Positions 9,869 through 19,190 of a stretch of DNA of 64,000 nucleotides are shown piece by piece. A program made the translations under genes and the position numbers. Source of the stretch: Leptonemataceae bacterium (GTDB lineage Bacteria; Spirochaetota; Leptospiria; Leptospirales; Leptonemataceae); contig OZ245742.1 of assembly GCA_965227295.1 (NCBI GenBank), positions 1,696,001 to 1,760,000 on the forward strand. The letters run 5' to 3'. The notes below the pieces were generated by a model. That model saw nothing but the letters and a program-made list of their open reading frames with translations, searched no databases and was not told the DNA's origin. Each line of letters begins with the position of its first letter. Position 1 is the first letter of the stretch.

Positions 9869-11474
9869 GGCCGGTAAATCATCGCAGTCGAAAAAATCCG
9901 CAACCGAAAAAGAGCGCGCGGCGTTTGTGAAAAAAATCAGCGCGGGTTACGACTTCGGCGACGCGCCGGCGATGACCCTCGGCGCGGGCACCCTGGCGGG
10001 CGAAGTTACGGCCGACGCCCTCGTAAACATTCCGCTGGGCACGCTGAACCGCCACGGCCTCATTGCCGGCGCGACGGGCACCGGAAAAACGAAGACACTG
10101 CAAATCATCGCGGAACTGCTTTCGCAGAACGGCGTGCCGTCGTTGGTCATGGACATCAAAGGAGATTTGAGCGGTCTCGCGCAACCCGGCGAAGAAAAAG
10201 ATTTCATCACCGAACGTCATGCGAAGCTCGGCTTCGCGTACGAGGCCCGCCCGTCGCCGGTGGAATTGCTCAGCCTCTCCGGCGAAAGGGGCGCGCGTCT
10301 GCGGGCCACGGTCTCGGAGTTCGGTCCCGTGTTGCTATCGAAAATCCTGGACCTCAACGATACCCAGGCCGGCATCCTGGCCGTGGTCTTCGAATACTGC
10401 GACGACAATAAGTTGCTTTTGCTGGATCTTAAGGATCTCAAAAAAGCCCTGGCCTACGTTCAGGAGGGCCACGAGGACGTCGTCGAGGAGTACGGCAAAA
10501 TCTCGAAGGCGTCCACGGGCACCATTCTGCGTAAGATCGTGGCGCTGGAGCAACAGGACGCGGAAATGTTTTTCGGCGAACGTTCCTTCGACGTGGAAGA
10601 TCTTACGCGCGTCGACGAGAACGGACGCGGCATCGTTTCGATTCTACGGCTCAGCGACCTTCAAGATAGGCCGGCGTTGTTCAGCACGTTTATGTTGCAG
10701 CTCTTGGCTGAAGTTTACGAGAAGTTTCCGGAAGAGGGCGACCTGGATCGTCCCAAACTGTGCATCTTCATCGACGAGGCGCATCTGGTTTTCAAGAACG
10801 CGTCGAAGACGTTGCTCGGTCAGATCGAAACCATCGTGAAGCTCATTCGTTCGAAGGGCGTCGGTGTGTTTTTCGTAACGCAGAACCCCACGGACGTGCC
10901 CGCGGAGGTGCTGTCTCAGCTCGGCCTGAAAGTGCAGCACGCACTGCGCGCATTCACGGCCAGAGATCGCAAGGCCATCAAACAGGCGGCCGAGAACTTT
11001 CCGTTGAGCGATTTCTACGATGCGGCGGAGCTGCTCACGAGCATGGGCATCGGTGAGGCCATGGTCACGGGCCTGGATCGCAAGGGGCGGCCGACGCCGC
11101 TGGTGCATACGATGCTCCGCGCCCCGGCGTCGCGCATGGACGTACTTTCGAAGAAGGAACTCGACGAACTTGTAAAATCCTCGAAGCTCGCGGAGAAGTA
11201 CGCCGAGAAGATCGACCGCGAAAGCGCCTACGAAATTCTTTCGGAGCGCATTCAGAAACTCGAAGAGGCCGGCGAAAAAGCGGCGAAGTCTAAGTCAGCC
11301 TCAAGTAAATCTAAGGGCCGCGGCAAACAAGAACAGTCAACAATCGCGGCGATCGCCGGCAGTCCCCTGGCGAAACAGATCGGCCGCACGGTGGCGCGGG
11401 AGATGACCCGCGGTCTGTTGGGCGTGCTGGGCATCAAAAGCGGCCGTCGCCGCAAAAGTTCGTCCTGGTTTTGA
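9867..11474 (+). CDS. HerA-like P-loop ATPase (DUF853/YjgR family)
   Basis: NRHGLIAGATGTGKTKTLQ, FIDEAH, RSKGVGVFFVTQNP, QHALRAFT. Confidence 0.92.
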   Translation: MAGKSSQSKKSATEKERAAFVKKISAGYDFGDAPAMTLGAGTLAGEVTADALVNIPLGTLNRHGLIAGATGTGKTKTLQIIAELLSQNGVPSLVMDIKGDLSGLAQPGEEKDFITERHAKLGFAYEARPSPVELLSLSGERGARLRATVSEFGPVLLSKILDLNDTQAGILAVVFEYCDDNKLLLLDLKDLKKALAYVQEGHEDVVEEYGKISKASTGTILRKIVALEQQDAEMFFGERSFDVEDLTRVDENGRGIVSILRLSDLQDRPALFSTFMLQLLAEVYEKFPEEGDLDRPKLCIFIDEAHLVFKNASKTLLGQIETIVKLIRSKGVGVFFVTQNPTDVPAEVLSQLGLKVQHALRAFTARDRKAIKQAAENFPLSDFYDAAELLTSMGIGEAMVTGLDRKGRPTPLVHTMLRAPASRMDVLSKKELDELVKSSKLAEKYAEKIDRESAYEILSERIQKLEEAGEKAAKSKSASSKSKGRGKQEQSTIAAIAGSPLAKQIGRTVAREMTRGLLGVLGIKSGRRRKSSSWF

Positions 11475-11482
11475 GAAGTATC

Positions 11483-11598
11483 AACCACCGAGGCGCCGAG
11501 GACACCGAGGTGAAGAATGTGAGGGTTCTCGGCGGGCGAGGACTTGCAAGCAATGGACGTATTTTGATTCCCTCGGCGACCTCGGAGCCTCGGTGGTT
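11483..11598. repeat. Inverted-repeat element with 28-bp arms built from three CCGAGG units
   Basis: AACCACCGAGGCGCCGAGGACACCGAGG (11483-11510) matches the reverse complement of 11571-11598 at 25/28 positions; lies between convergent genes. Confidence 0.85.
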
Positions 11599-11628
11599 AA
11601 AACCCGGATTTTCAGGACGGCCCGATCG

Positions 11629-13845
11629 TTAGAACCGCACCACCGATTCCACCAGGTCGATCGAGCCCACGGCTTCGTCCTCCTGGATCTCGCCGCGCTG
11701 GCGCAGGATCTGGTGCACGTAGAAGTTCAGCGCCGGTGTGGAGCGGATGATCTGGGAAATGTCCTCTTTATCGAAGACGAGCAGGCTGCCGCCGTCCTTC
11801 GATTGAACCGTCGCATTGCGCACGCGATCCGCGAGGCTGCCGTACTCGCCGAACATATCCCCCGGACCGATGGACGCGAGCTCGGCGCCCTCACGCAGAA
11901 TGGCAAACGATCCGTTTAAGATGATGTAGAACTCGCGGCCGAGAGTGCCCTGTTCAATGACGGTCTCACCGGCGGCGACTTCCATGCGTCGACCCTGGGC
12001 GGCCAGGCGAGAGTTCACGACGTCGCCCAGTTCGTTGAAAGGATGATGCGGTTCCAGCTCGTGACGGTTTTGCCACATCGTCTTCAGTTCTTCGGCGCGG
12101 TTTTCGTTTTTCAAAAACGAGATGAACAGATCCTCGCTGATCTCACACAGGATCACGGGGATGCGCGCGACGATACTGGCGTTGCGGCGTTCGACATCGT
12201 TGACCACCGCCATGTCGCCGACGACCTCGCCGGCTTCTTTCACGCCCACCACGTGCATTTCCTCGCCGTCGTGATGCACCACGCTGACGTTACCCGAAAT
12301 GATGAAGTAGATGGTGCCGTTGCGCAGTTCGCCCTGCTTCATGATCACGTCGCCGGCGTTGTACTTCACGAGGCGCAGGTTGCCGAGCAACGCGGTCTCC
12401 CATTCCTCGCTGATGTCCGGGTAGTGACGCAACAACGTCTGCATGGTACGAATGACGTAGGCCGACTCCCGCGCTTCCTGTAAGATGAAACGTTTGCCAT
12501 GGGAAGCGAGCGTAAACGTCGTGTTGAATTCTTTCGGCAGCTGTTCCAGGTGTAGAAAGATGACCCGGTCCGAACGCGATTCCAGGGAATCGCGCGGGTC
12601 GCCGTGCAGGATGCCCATGCCGCCGTCCGCGAAGAAGAGATCGTGGCGGTCGCGGTAGAGCTTCTGAAGATACTCGTACTTATCGCGCGAGACGGTTCCG
12701 TCCTCGACCATCTTTTTGATATCCGGCAGGGCCTTGTTGTCGCCGACGAACACAATGCGATGGCGCTCGCCCTCGTACTCCATCTCGAAGGACGCGCCGA
12801 TGGTGGGAATGCTGTGCACGGTGTAGTGCGGCGTAATGGTCATGCCGTAGAAGTCGTTGGGCTGGTACGGCTCCAGTTCGACGAAGTCGAAGTACGAAAG
12901 GAATTCGTTTTGGTCGTGGCCGGTCATCAGCGCGAGTTTCTTACACGCCATCCAGAAGACCTCTCGCGTGGCCAGGAACTTCACCCGGTTATGAAACATG
13001 ACCAGCGGGAAGATGTTGCAGTGGTCGTCGTGAATGTGCGTGAGGAAGATCGATTTGATCTGCTCGCGGGAAACGCCGCGGGCGTTGAGGGCGTACTCTA
13101 AGTACGGCATGCAATCGATGAGCATGTACTCGGAGTTGTAGTTCAACAGCAGGCCGGAGCAGGGATTCGACGCGGCGAAACCCGAGGCGCCGCCCAGAAC
13201 GTCGATAGAAAACTTCGCCGGGAGCTGAGGTACGAAGTCCGGCCGCAGATCGTACGGCGGGACCTGTTCCACGTCGCTTTTCGGGTCGAGGTCCACGTCG
13301 ATGAGAGTGCCTTCGATTTCGTAAACATTGCGCTCGCGATGACGCAGCACGAAGTGTTCGGTTTGCAGCTCGCCGTTTTCGAAGGCGTGAAAGTTCACGA
13401 AGCCCTCGACGGGTATTTCGTGCCCCGCGGAATCCTTTACGGACAACGCCCGGGATTCGCGAAAGAGATTGCGAAAGTGCGGATTCGGGCCGAGCCCGGG
13501 TTTCTGTAACGCGGCGTACTCTTCCTGAGTCGGCCCGAGCAGCGACAGGCGGAGTAATTCGCGATTGTTGCGCACGGCCTTTGCTTCGCCGAGGATACTC
13601 AGCTTGCGTCCCTTGAAGAAGTGACCCTGGACGAACAGGAAGTAGTAAAACGGAAACTCCGTCGCATTTTGCAGGACGCCGCGGTGATGGATCGTATCCG
13701 GCAGGACGATGTAGTCCGGGAACGGGATGTCGCGGACGATGAGGTGTTTGATTACCTCCGGCGGACAGCCGAAAAGTACCGAGTACTCGTTCGTTTGAAA
13801 GACTTTGACGCCGGGGATTATGTCCAGAACGCGGTGCGAACTCAT
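11629..13845 (-). CDS. Metallo-beta-lactamase-fold hydrolase with two cNMP-binding domains (putative cyclic-nucleotide phosphodiesterase)
   Basis: THIHDDH, HSIPT, GDN; cNMP cassettes GDMAV..RRNAS and GEYGS..RNAT; start supported by TTGACT-17-TCTGAT-6-ATG. Confidence 0.85.
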   Translation of the reverse strand: MSSHRVLDIIPGVKVFQTNEYSVLFGCPPEVIKHLIVRDIPFPDYIVLPDTIHHRGVLQNATEFPFYYFLFVQGHFFKGRKLSILGEAKAVRNNRELLRLSLLGPTQEEYAALQKPGLGPNPHFRNLFRESRALSVKDSAGHEIPVEGFVNFHAFENGELQTEHFVLRHRERNVYEIEGTLIDVDLDPKSDVEQVPPYDLRPDFVPQLPAKFSIDVLGGASGFAASNPCSGLLLNYNSEYMLIDCMPYLEYALNARGVSREQIKSIFLTHIHDDHCNIFPLVMFHNRVKFLATREVFWMACKKLALMTGHDQNEFLSYFDFVELEPYQPNDFYGMTITPHYTVHSIPTIGASFEMEYEGERHRIVFVGDNKALPDIKKMVEDGTVSRDKYEYLQKLYRDRHDLFFADGGMGILHGDPRDSLESRSDRVIFLHLEQLPKEFNTTFTLASHGKRFILQEARESAYVIRTMQTLLRHYPDISEEWETALLGNLRLVKYNAGDVIMKQGELRNGTIYFIISGNVSVVHHDGEEMHVVGVKEAGEVVGDMAVVNDVERRNASIVARIPVILCEISEDLFISFLKNENRAEELKTMWQNRHELEPHHPFNELGDVVNSRLAAQGRRMEVAAGETVIEQGTLGREFYIILNGSFAILREGAELASIGPGDMFGEYGSLADRVRNATVQSKDGGSLLVFDKEDISQIIRSTPALNFYVHQILRQRGEIQEDEAVGSIDLVESVVRF

Positions 13846-14042
13846 TTTACAATCAGACCTTTCGCATCGAAGCGAGTCAATGAAAACCCCCGAAAACACG
13901 GGTGATCGGGACCCTTTATCTAACGAACATTTAACTGAAAACTCGCGCCCCTCTAACCTCCCCCGGTTGACTTTTGTTTGCAAAATGCCGTAGTAAGAAC
14001 ACGGAGTGACCGGCGCGCCGGAGTGCGGCCCGGCAGAGTATC

Positions 14043-15674
14043 ATGAAAAAACTAATCGTATCGATTCTTGTCGTTTGTTTCTCGTTTGTGGGAGGAGCGC
14101 GATGCACCGGTGGTGGCGGCGACGACGGCGCCTTTCTGTTGCTGGCGTTGCTCGCTCTGGGCCTCGGTGGGCCGGACGTTAGTCCTGAAACCGCGGGCGA
14201 AGATGTCGGCGCCGAACCGGCGACGGAAACCGTCGAAGCAACCCCCACGGAAGAGCTGGAAGCGGACCCGGCTCCGGTCTTCACAGCGGAAAACGCCGAG
14301 GCCCTGGACGAGGAAGAAGCCGCGGGTTCCGGCGAATCGCCCTCCGGTAGCGAGACATCCGGCGAAAGCAGCGGCGCGGATACAGCCGGCGGTTCTGACG
14401 ATAGCGGAAACAGCAGCGGCTCCTCCGAGCCGGAAGAAGTGGTCATCGCCACCGGCGAAGAAACCGGCGCCGATACTACGGCGTCTCCGCCGGCATCCGC
14501 CGGGAACACCGGCAACGGTTCTTCGTCCGCGAACAATGGAAACAATGCGAACGACAACGGCACGTCCGAAAGCGCGGGCAGCGATACCGGCGAAGACGTC
14601 GACGTTACGTTCGAAGACGTCGGCATCGGTGTGGACCCGGATGCCGGGACGGACGCCGCGGGCGCGTCCGGCAGTTGCGGCGCGCGCAGTCTGAGTCTCG
14701 ATCCCACCGGCGGTAAGTGGTACACATCCGAAGCTAAGAACAAGGGCCAGGCCAAGAAAGGTACCGGTGTCTACACGTTCTGGCAGAATCAAAAATTGAC
14801 GCTGCGTATTCGCAACAACTGCGACGCCGGTTGGTACCAACTGCGCGTAAAAGCGAGCAACATCAACGGACCGCTGCCGGACTTCTACGACGCGTTCAAC
14901 ATCACCGTGCAGAACGAGGTCACCGGTCGTCAACTCGGCGGCCTGTTCATCAAGGCCGACGACAAAGCCGCGCATCAGGGATTGCTGTGGGTTTATCTCG
15001 GCGCCGGGGATACGAGTCTGGATCTGATCTGGACCAACGACGCCTACGAGAAAGGCGAGTACGACGCGAACCTGCACATTGAAGCGGTGGCGCTTTCGAG
15101 CCAGGCGAAGCAGCGGTATCGCAAGAGCGTGAATCGTAACGCGCTGAACTACTGCGAGGTCGGCGGGCGTTTCTTCTACGATACCCAGGCGCGCACGGCG
15201 CGCACGTACTGGAAAGATCAAAAGATCGCTTACTGCTTCTACGATCTGGAGCCGGGCCTCTACGAAGTGGAAGTCCGCGCGCGGAACTACGGCCAGCTCG
15301 GCCTGCCCTCGGGTTATGATTCATTCCGCGTGGACATCGCGGCGGACGGGGTCTCCGCTACGGCCGTGATTCCGGCGGACGATCGGAACTTCCGCACGGG
15401 CTCGGCGGTCCTGGACATTCGCGGCGGTGACGCTACCGTGGTTCTGAACTGGCGCAACGATCGTTACAAAAATGGAGTCTTCGACGCGAACATCGAATAC
15501 AAGGACATCTTCCTGAAGCGTGTCGGCGATTCGCAGCGCACGGGCCTCGCGGCATACATCAGTGAGGCCGGCCGGGGCGGCGGAGCGGTGATCCTGATCG
15601 CTGTTCTCGTTGCCATTCTGGGCCTGGGCGGTATCTATGCTTACCGTCGCAGCCGGGAGAGTACCGTCGCGTAA
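14043..15674 (+). CDS. Surface protein: signal/lipoprotein-like N-terminus, acidic Gly/Ser linker, two CBM60-like domains, C-terminal TM anchor
   Basis: Tandem repeats ending WTNDAYEKGEYDANL and WRNDRYKNGVFDANI; GGG + hydrophobic helix + RRSR tail. Confidence 0.75.
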   Translation: MKKLIVSILVVCFSFVGGARCTGGGGDDGAFLLLALLALGLGGPDVSPETAGEDVGAEPATETVEATPTEELEADPAPVFTAENAEALDEEEAAGSGESPSGSETSGESSGADTAGGSDDSGNSSGSSEPEEVVIATGEETGADTTASPPASAGNTGNGSSSANNGNNANDNGTSESAGSDTGEDVDVTFEDVGIGVDPDAGTDAAGASGSCGARSLSLDPTGGKWYTSEAKNKGQAKKGTGVYTFWQNQKLTLRIRNNCDAGWYQLRVKASNINGPLPDFYDAFNITVQNEVTGRQLGGLFIKADDKAAHQGLLWVYLGAGDTSLDLIWTNDAYEKGEYDANLHIEAVALSSQAKQRYRKSVNRNALNYCEVGGRFFYDTQARTARTYWKDQKIAYCFYDLEPGLYEVEVRARNYGQLGLPSGYDSFRVDIAADGVSATAVIPADDRNFRTGSAVLDIRGGDATVVLNWRNDRYKNGVFDANIEYKDIFLKRVGDSQRTGLAAYISEAGRGGGAVILIAVLVAILGLGGIYAYRRSRESTVA

Positions 15675-15716
15675 AACGCGCGGGCGGCGCCGGGCAATTA
15701 CGGCGCCGCCGTTCTC

Positions 15717-17102
15717 ATGGAAATTGTCGTTAAGCTGATTGTCTCGCTGGGAGTAGTCGCGATCTTCTTCGCGTTCTACTTCCGGCATTTTGTTTTTCGG
15801 CGATCCGTCGTCCTCCAGAGCCGCGGTTTATTCTACGGCATCCTCAGCGCCGCCGCGGCCCTGGCCCTGCAACTCTACGTCCTGCCGATCCTGCTGCCGG
15901 ACAATCGTCCGAAGTTCAGCCGCGCGCTCATCGATGCGGCGTTCATCGAGGAGGCCGTGCGCCTCTGTTTCTTAATGTACTATCTGCGCTTCGTCGCGTT
16001 TACGGGCGGCGGCAAGAACAGCAGCAATCAGTCGACGTTCACCGTGGTCGAGGGTGTCTTCGACGGCATTCTTCTGGGCCTGGGTTTTGCCCTCGTCGAA
16101 AATCTACATTACGGTTTGAGTTATCCGGGCTACGTGATTCTGTTGCGTTCGCTGACCTCGGCGCCGTTGCACGCGTTCATGGGCGGCATCATGGCCTTTT
16201 TTTTATCGTACGGTCTCTTGCGCGATACGTCGCACCGGAGCGGACGTCCGTCGCTGCGTTCGATGTATCTCTACGCCGCGGCCTTCGGCCTGCCGTTTAC
16301 GCTGCACGCCGCCTACGACCTGGGCTTCGTGCTGGGATCGTTCGCGTACGCCGTGCCCCTGGTGCTGATCGCTTCGTTCTTGATTACGGAGTACTGCATG
16401 CAGCGGGCGCGGCTCTACTTCGGTCGCAACGTGTTGGGCATGATCGGCATCGACGTCGACGATCTCGAAGTGTATCTCTATCAGCTCGAGTACGAGAAGT
16501 GGTTGGGAGACAGACAGGACGAGGATCGGCCGGAGCCGGAACTCTTTCATCGCCGTCGCCCGGGCGAAGTCTTCAAAGAAGCCGCGGGGGGCGTCGGCCT
16601 GGTCGTACTTGCGCTGGCGGCGGCGGTGTACTATCTGCTCGATCCCGGTGCCGCGGTGTTTCGGAGCCTGCCGTCCGCGGAGATTCGCATCTCTCTGTTG
16701 ATGGTCTATCCCGCCCTGACCGGATCCATGTTGATCTTTACGGACGTCGTGAACATGCTCTACCTGCGGGATCGACTGCTCAGCGTGCCGATGCCGATTC
16801 AGGTCCTGGTGGAACGCGACGGTGCGGCTTACTCCACGGTGGCCCTGGACGTTCTTCCGGCCGGCGTGTTCATCAGCGACGCCGAGCGCCTGGAACAGGA
16901 CGAGGAGGTGCGCTTAACATTCGAGACGGGCAGATTAACGAGCGGCCCGTACACGGCGCGACTGCGTTGGGCGAATCGCCTGAATCCGACGCTGCCGTTC
17001 GGGCATTTGCTAAGATTTGAGCATCGCAACTTAAGTTTTTTCTGGTTCCGCCTGCGCTACAAGTGGATGAAGCTGCACGGTAAATCGAAGGTGTTCGGCT
17101 AG
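15717..17102 (+). CDS. PrsW-family intramembrane metalloprotease with a degenerate PilZ-like C-terminus
   Basis: FIEEAVR, GLGFALVENLHY, PLHAFM, LHAAYD; multiple TMs. Confidence 0.85.
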   Translation: MEIVVKLIVSLGVVAIFFAFYFRHFVFRRSVVLQSRGLFYGILSAAAALALQLYVLPILLPDNRPKFSRALIDAAFIEEAVRLCFLMYYLRFVAFTGGGKNSSNQSTFTVVEGVFDGILLGLGFALVENLHYGLSYPGYVILLRSLTSAPLHAFMGGIMAFFLSYGLLRDTSHRSGRPSLRSMYLYAAAFGLPFTLHAAYDLGFVLGSFAYAVPLVLIASFLITEYCMQRARLYFGRNVLGMIGIDVDDLEVYLYQLEYEKWLGDRQDEDRPEPELFHRRRPGEVFKEAAGGVGLVVLALAAAVYYLLDPGAAVFRSLPSAEIRISLLMVYPALTGSMLIFTDVVNMLYLRDRLLSVPMPIQVLVERDGAAYSTVALDVLPAGVFISDAERLEQDEEVRLTFETGRLTSGPYTARLRWANRLNPTLPFGHLLRFEHRNLSFFWFRLRYKWMKLHGKSKVFG

Positions 17103-17169
17103 CTGTTTCTTCGCGCCAGGGATTGGAGCGATGGCCAGGAAAATCATATCGGCGTTTCCCTCCGCTTCG

Positions 17170-18699
17170 CTAACGCGAAGAGGGCAAGCCCGTCACATCG
17201 TCCAGAGTCGCCCCGGCGAACCTCGCATCTTCCACATCCGCGCCCGCAAAACGCGCGCCGCTCAAGTCCGCCCCGCGAAAATCCGTCTCGCGTAGAATCG
17301 CGTCGCTAAAGTCTGCAAAGCGAAAGTTAGCCTCACGCGCGTCGGCCGAGCTGAGGTCGGCGTTCCGGAAGATCGTGCGGCGAAAGTCGGCCCGCCGCAG
17401 GTCCGCCCCGCGTAGATTCGCGTCCTCGAAATAACCGTAGATGAAGCGATCCGGCGCGGTCATGAATCGTAGAATGTCCTCACGCTCCGCCAGGTCCGGG
17501 TGCTCGGTAACGAAGGCCGGGGCGATGGAACGACCGGCCTGGCGCAGTTCGGAATCGTAGCGCAAGAGCCAGGGAGCCGCGCAGGCGGGCTCCGGCAGAA
17601 ACGGCTGCACTGCGCCGTCCGCTCCGAAGAATTGAAACTCGAGGGTATCGTCGAGCCAGTTTGTAAGATGAGCGAGGTTGCGAGAACGATCCGGCAGTTC
17701 GTCCGATACGCGCGCCCCGCGCAGATCGGCGGAGCCGAGATTCGCGCCGCGGAAGTTCGCAAGCAGCAGTCGCGCGTTTCGCAGATCGGCGGACAGCAGA
17801 ACGGCCCCGTAGAAAGATGCGCGATACAGGTCGGCGCCGCCCAGCTTCGCGTGCACCAGGTTCGCCCGGCGTAGATCGCTACAGCGCAGTACGGCCTCGT
17901 TCAGATTCGCGCGGCGCATGTCCGCGCGGGGCATGTAGAAACCGACAATCTCTCGCTCCTGGAGTTCGGCCTGCTGCAAATAGATCGTGCGCGCGAGCGG
18001 CGGAGATTCGCCGTTGAGGGCGCGGACTAATGTCCAGGAAAAAATAGTTAGTGCGAAGATTGCAAGAATCCGGTACGGAATGCCGGCATAGTACCGCGCT
18101 GTACCGCGGTTGCGGCGAATCAGCAAGAAGAGATTTACGCAAATACCGAAACAGGTGCCCATCAGCACAATGCCGGCCCGGGGATGGGGCAGGGCCTTCA
18201 CGGAAAACGCCAGCAGGGTCAGCGGCAGGACCCAGTAAAAGAGGATCTGTCCCAGGACCTCCGCCGCCCGGCTGCGCATCGTAAAAAAGTGCGACACGCT
18301 TTCGTTGCTGACTTCCAAACGCAGGCGATACCAACGTTCTAAGTACAGCTGTAAGTACGCATTGTACAACATTAAGGCGGAGGGCGCGAACATCAAGAAC
18401 AGGCCGTACTCCACTTGCACGCCGGTGAACGGCACGGCCACCCGGGCCTCGCTGTTCAGGAGCTCGACGTCGGACTTGCCCAGCGTGAGCAAACAGAACA
18501 CGCAGGCCCCCAACATGCCGAAGACCAGGCCGCGAATGGTTGCCGCCGCGGTTTCGTATTGTTTGTGGAGGTCGTCGGGTTCCAGGCCCAGGCTGTGATA
18601 GTACGGATACCACCAGGAGCGCGGAGGGCGATCCCGGTCGGCCAGGCGATAGAGAAGCGCCCAGGCGCAGGTACTCAGCCGGCCGGCGGTTCGGGCCAT
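17170..18699 (-). CDS. Membrane protein with pentapeptide repeats
   Basis: About 5 TM helices, then two blocks of A(D/N)LxG-type pentapeptides split by an insertion. Confidence 0.88.
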   Translation of the reverse strand: MARTAGRLSTCAWALLYRLADRDRPPRSWWYPYYHSLGLEPDDLHKQYETAAATIRGLVFGMLGACVFCLLTLGKSDVELLNSEARVAVPFTGVQVEYGLFLMFAPSALMLYNAYLQLYLERWYRLRLEVSNESVSHFFTMRSRAAEVLGQILFYWVLPLTLLAFSVKALPHPRAGIVLMGTCFGICVNLFLLIRRNRGTARYYAGIPYRILAIFALTIFSWTLVRALNGESPPLARTIYLQQAELQEREIVGFYMPRADMRRANLNEAVLRCSDLRRANLVHAKLGGADLYRASFYGAVLLSADLRNARLLLANFRGANLGSADLRGARVSDELPDRSRNLAHLTNWLDDTLEFQFFGADGAVQPFLPEPACAAPWLLRYDSELRQAGRSIAPAFVTEHPDLAEREDILRFMTAPDRFIYGYFEDANLRGADLRRADFRRTIFRNADLSSADAREANFRFADFSDAILRETDFRGADLSGARFAGADVEDARFAGATLDDVTGLPSSR

Positions 18700-19169
18700 T
18701 CGATCCCGTCCGGATCGCTGAACTTTTTCGGCAGCTCACGCAGGTTTTTGCGATAGCGTCGCCACTGTTCGCGTTCGGCGTCCGTGATGGGATAGTCCGG
18801 AATCATGTACTTATCGCTCGCCGTGAGCAGTTCGTTCCGGCGTGCGCGGACTTCGTTCCAGCGCTTTTTTTCCAGGCGTTGCGCCCGGGCGTCCTCATCG
18901 CCGGAGAGCTCACCGTCGACGTAGGCGATCTCGCGGATCTGGAAGTCTTCGGCGCGAAGCTCGTCGTACTTCCGTTGCAGTTCCGCCCTGAGCTCAATGA
19001 CCGTGTGCGGGGCCGCGGGAATTTTCGGCATGCCCACGTGATCTTTCGGGAGATCGTCGCGCCAGGCGAAGAAGTCTTCGATGCGCTCGAAGCCCCGGGC
19101 GAAGGACTCGCATTCGACAGGATCGGCCACGACGGTCAGCAGGTGTTTGTTTTGGATGGCGGCGTACAT
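18675..19169 (-). CDS. Phage tail-fibre assembly chaperone-like protein
   Basis: WNEVRARRNELLTASDKYMIPDYP...WRRYRKNLRELP...IEWPEPP; directly after the fibre gene. Confidence 0.85.
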   Translation of the reverse strand: MYAAIQNKHLLTVVADPVECESFARGFERIEDFFAWRDDLPKDHVGMPKIPAAPHTVIELRAELQRKYDELRAEDFQIREIAYVDGELSGDEDARAQRLEKKRWNEVRARRNELLTASDKYMIPDYPITDAEREQWRRYRKNLRELPKKFSDPDGIEWPEPPAG

Positions 19170-19190
19170 GTAATTTTGCTCCGTTAGAAG

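Noticed and set aside
9867-11474. HerA-based defence system
   Set aside because: DUF853/YjgR-type stand-alone ATPase with no NurA, Sir2 or nuclease partner adjacent
11483-11598. CRISPR array
   Set aside because: Repeats are inverted with only two arms; no spacers or cas genes
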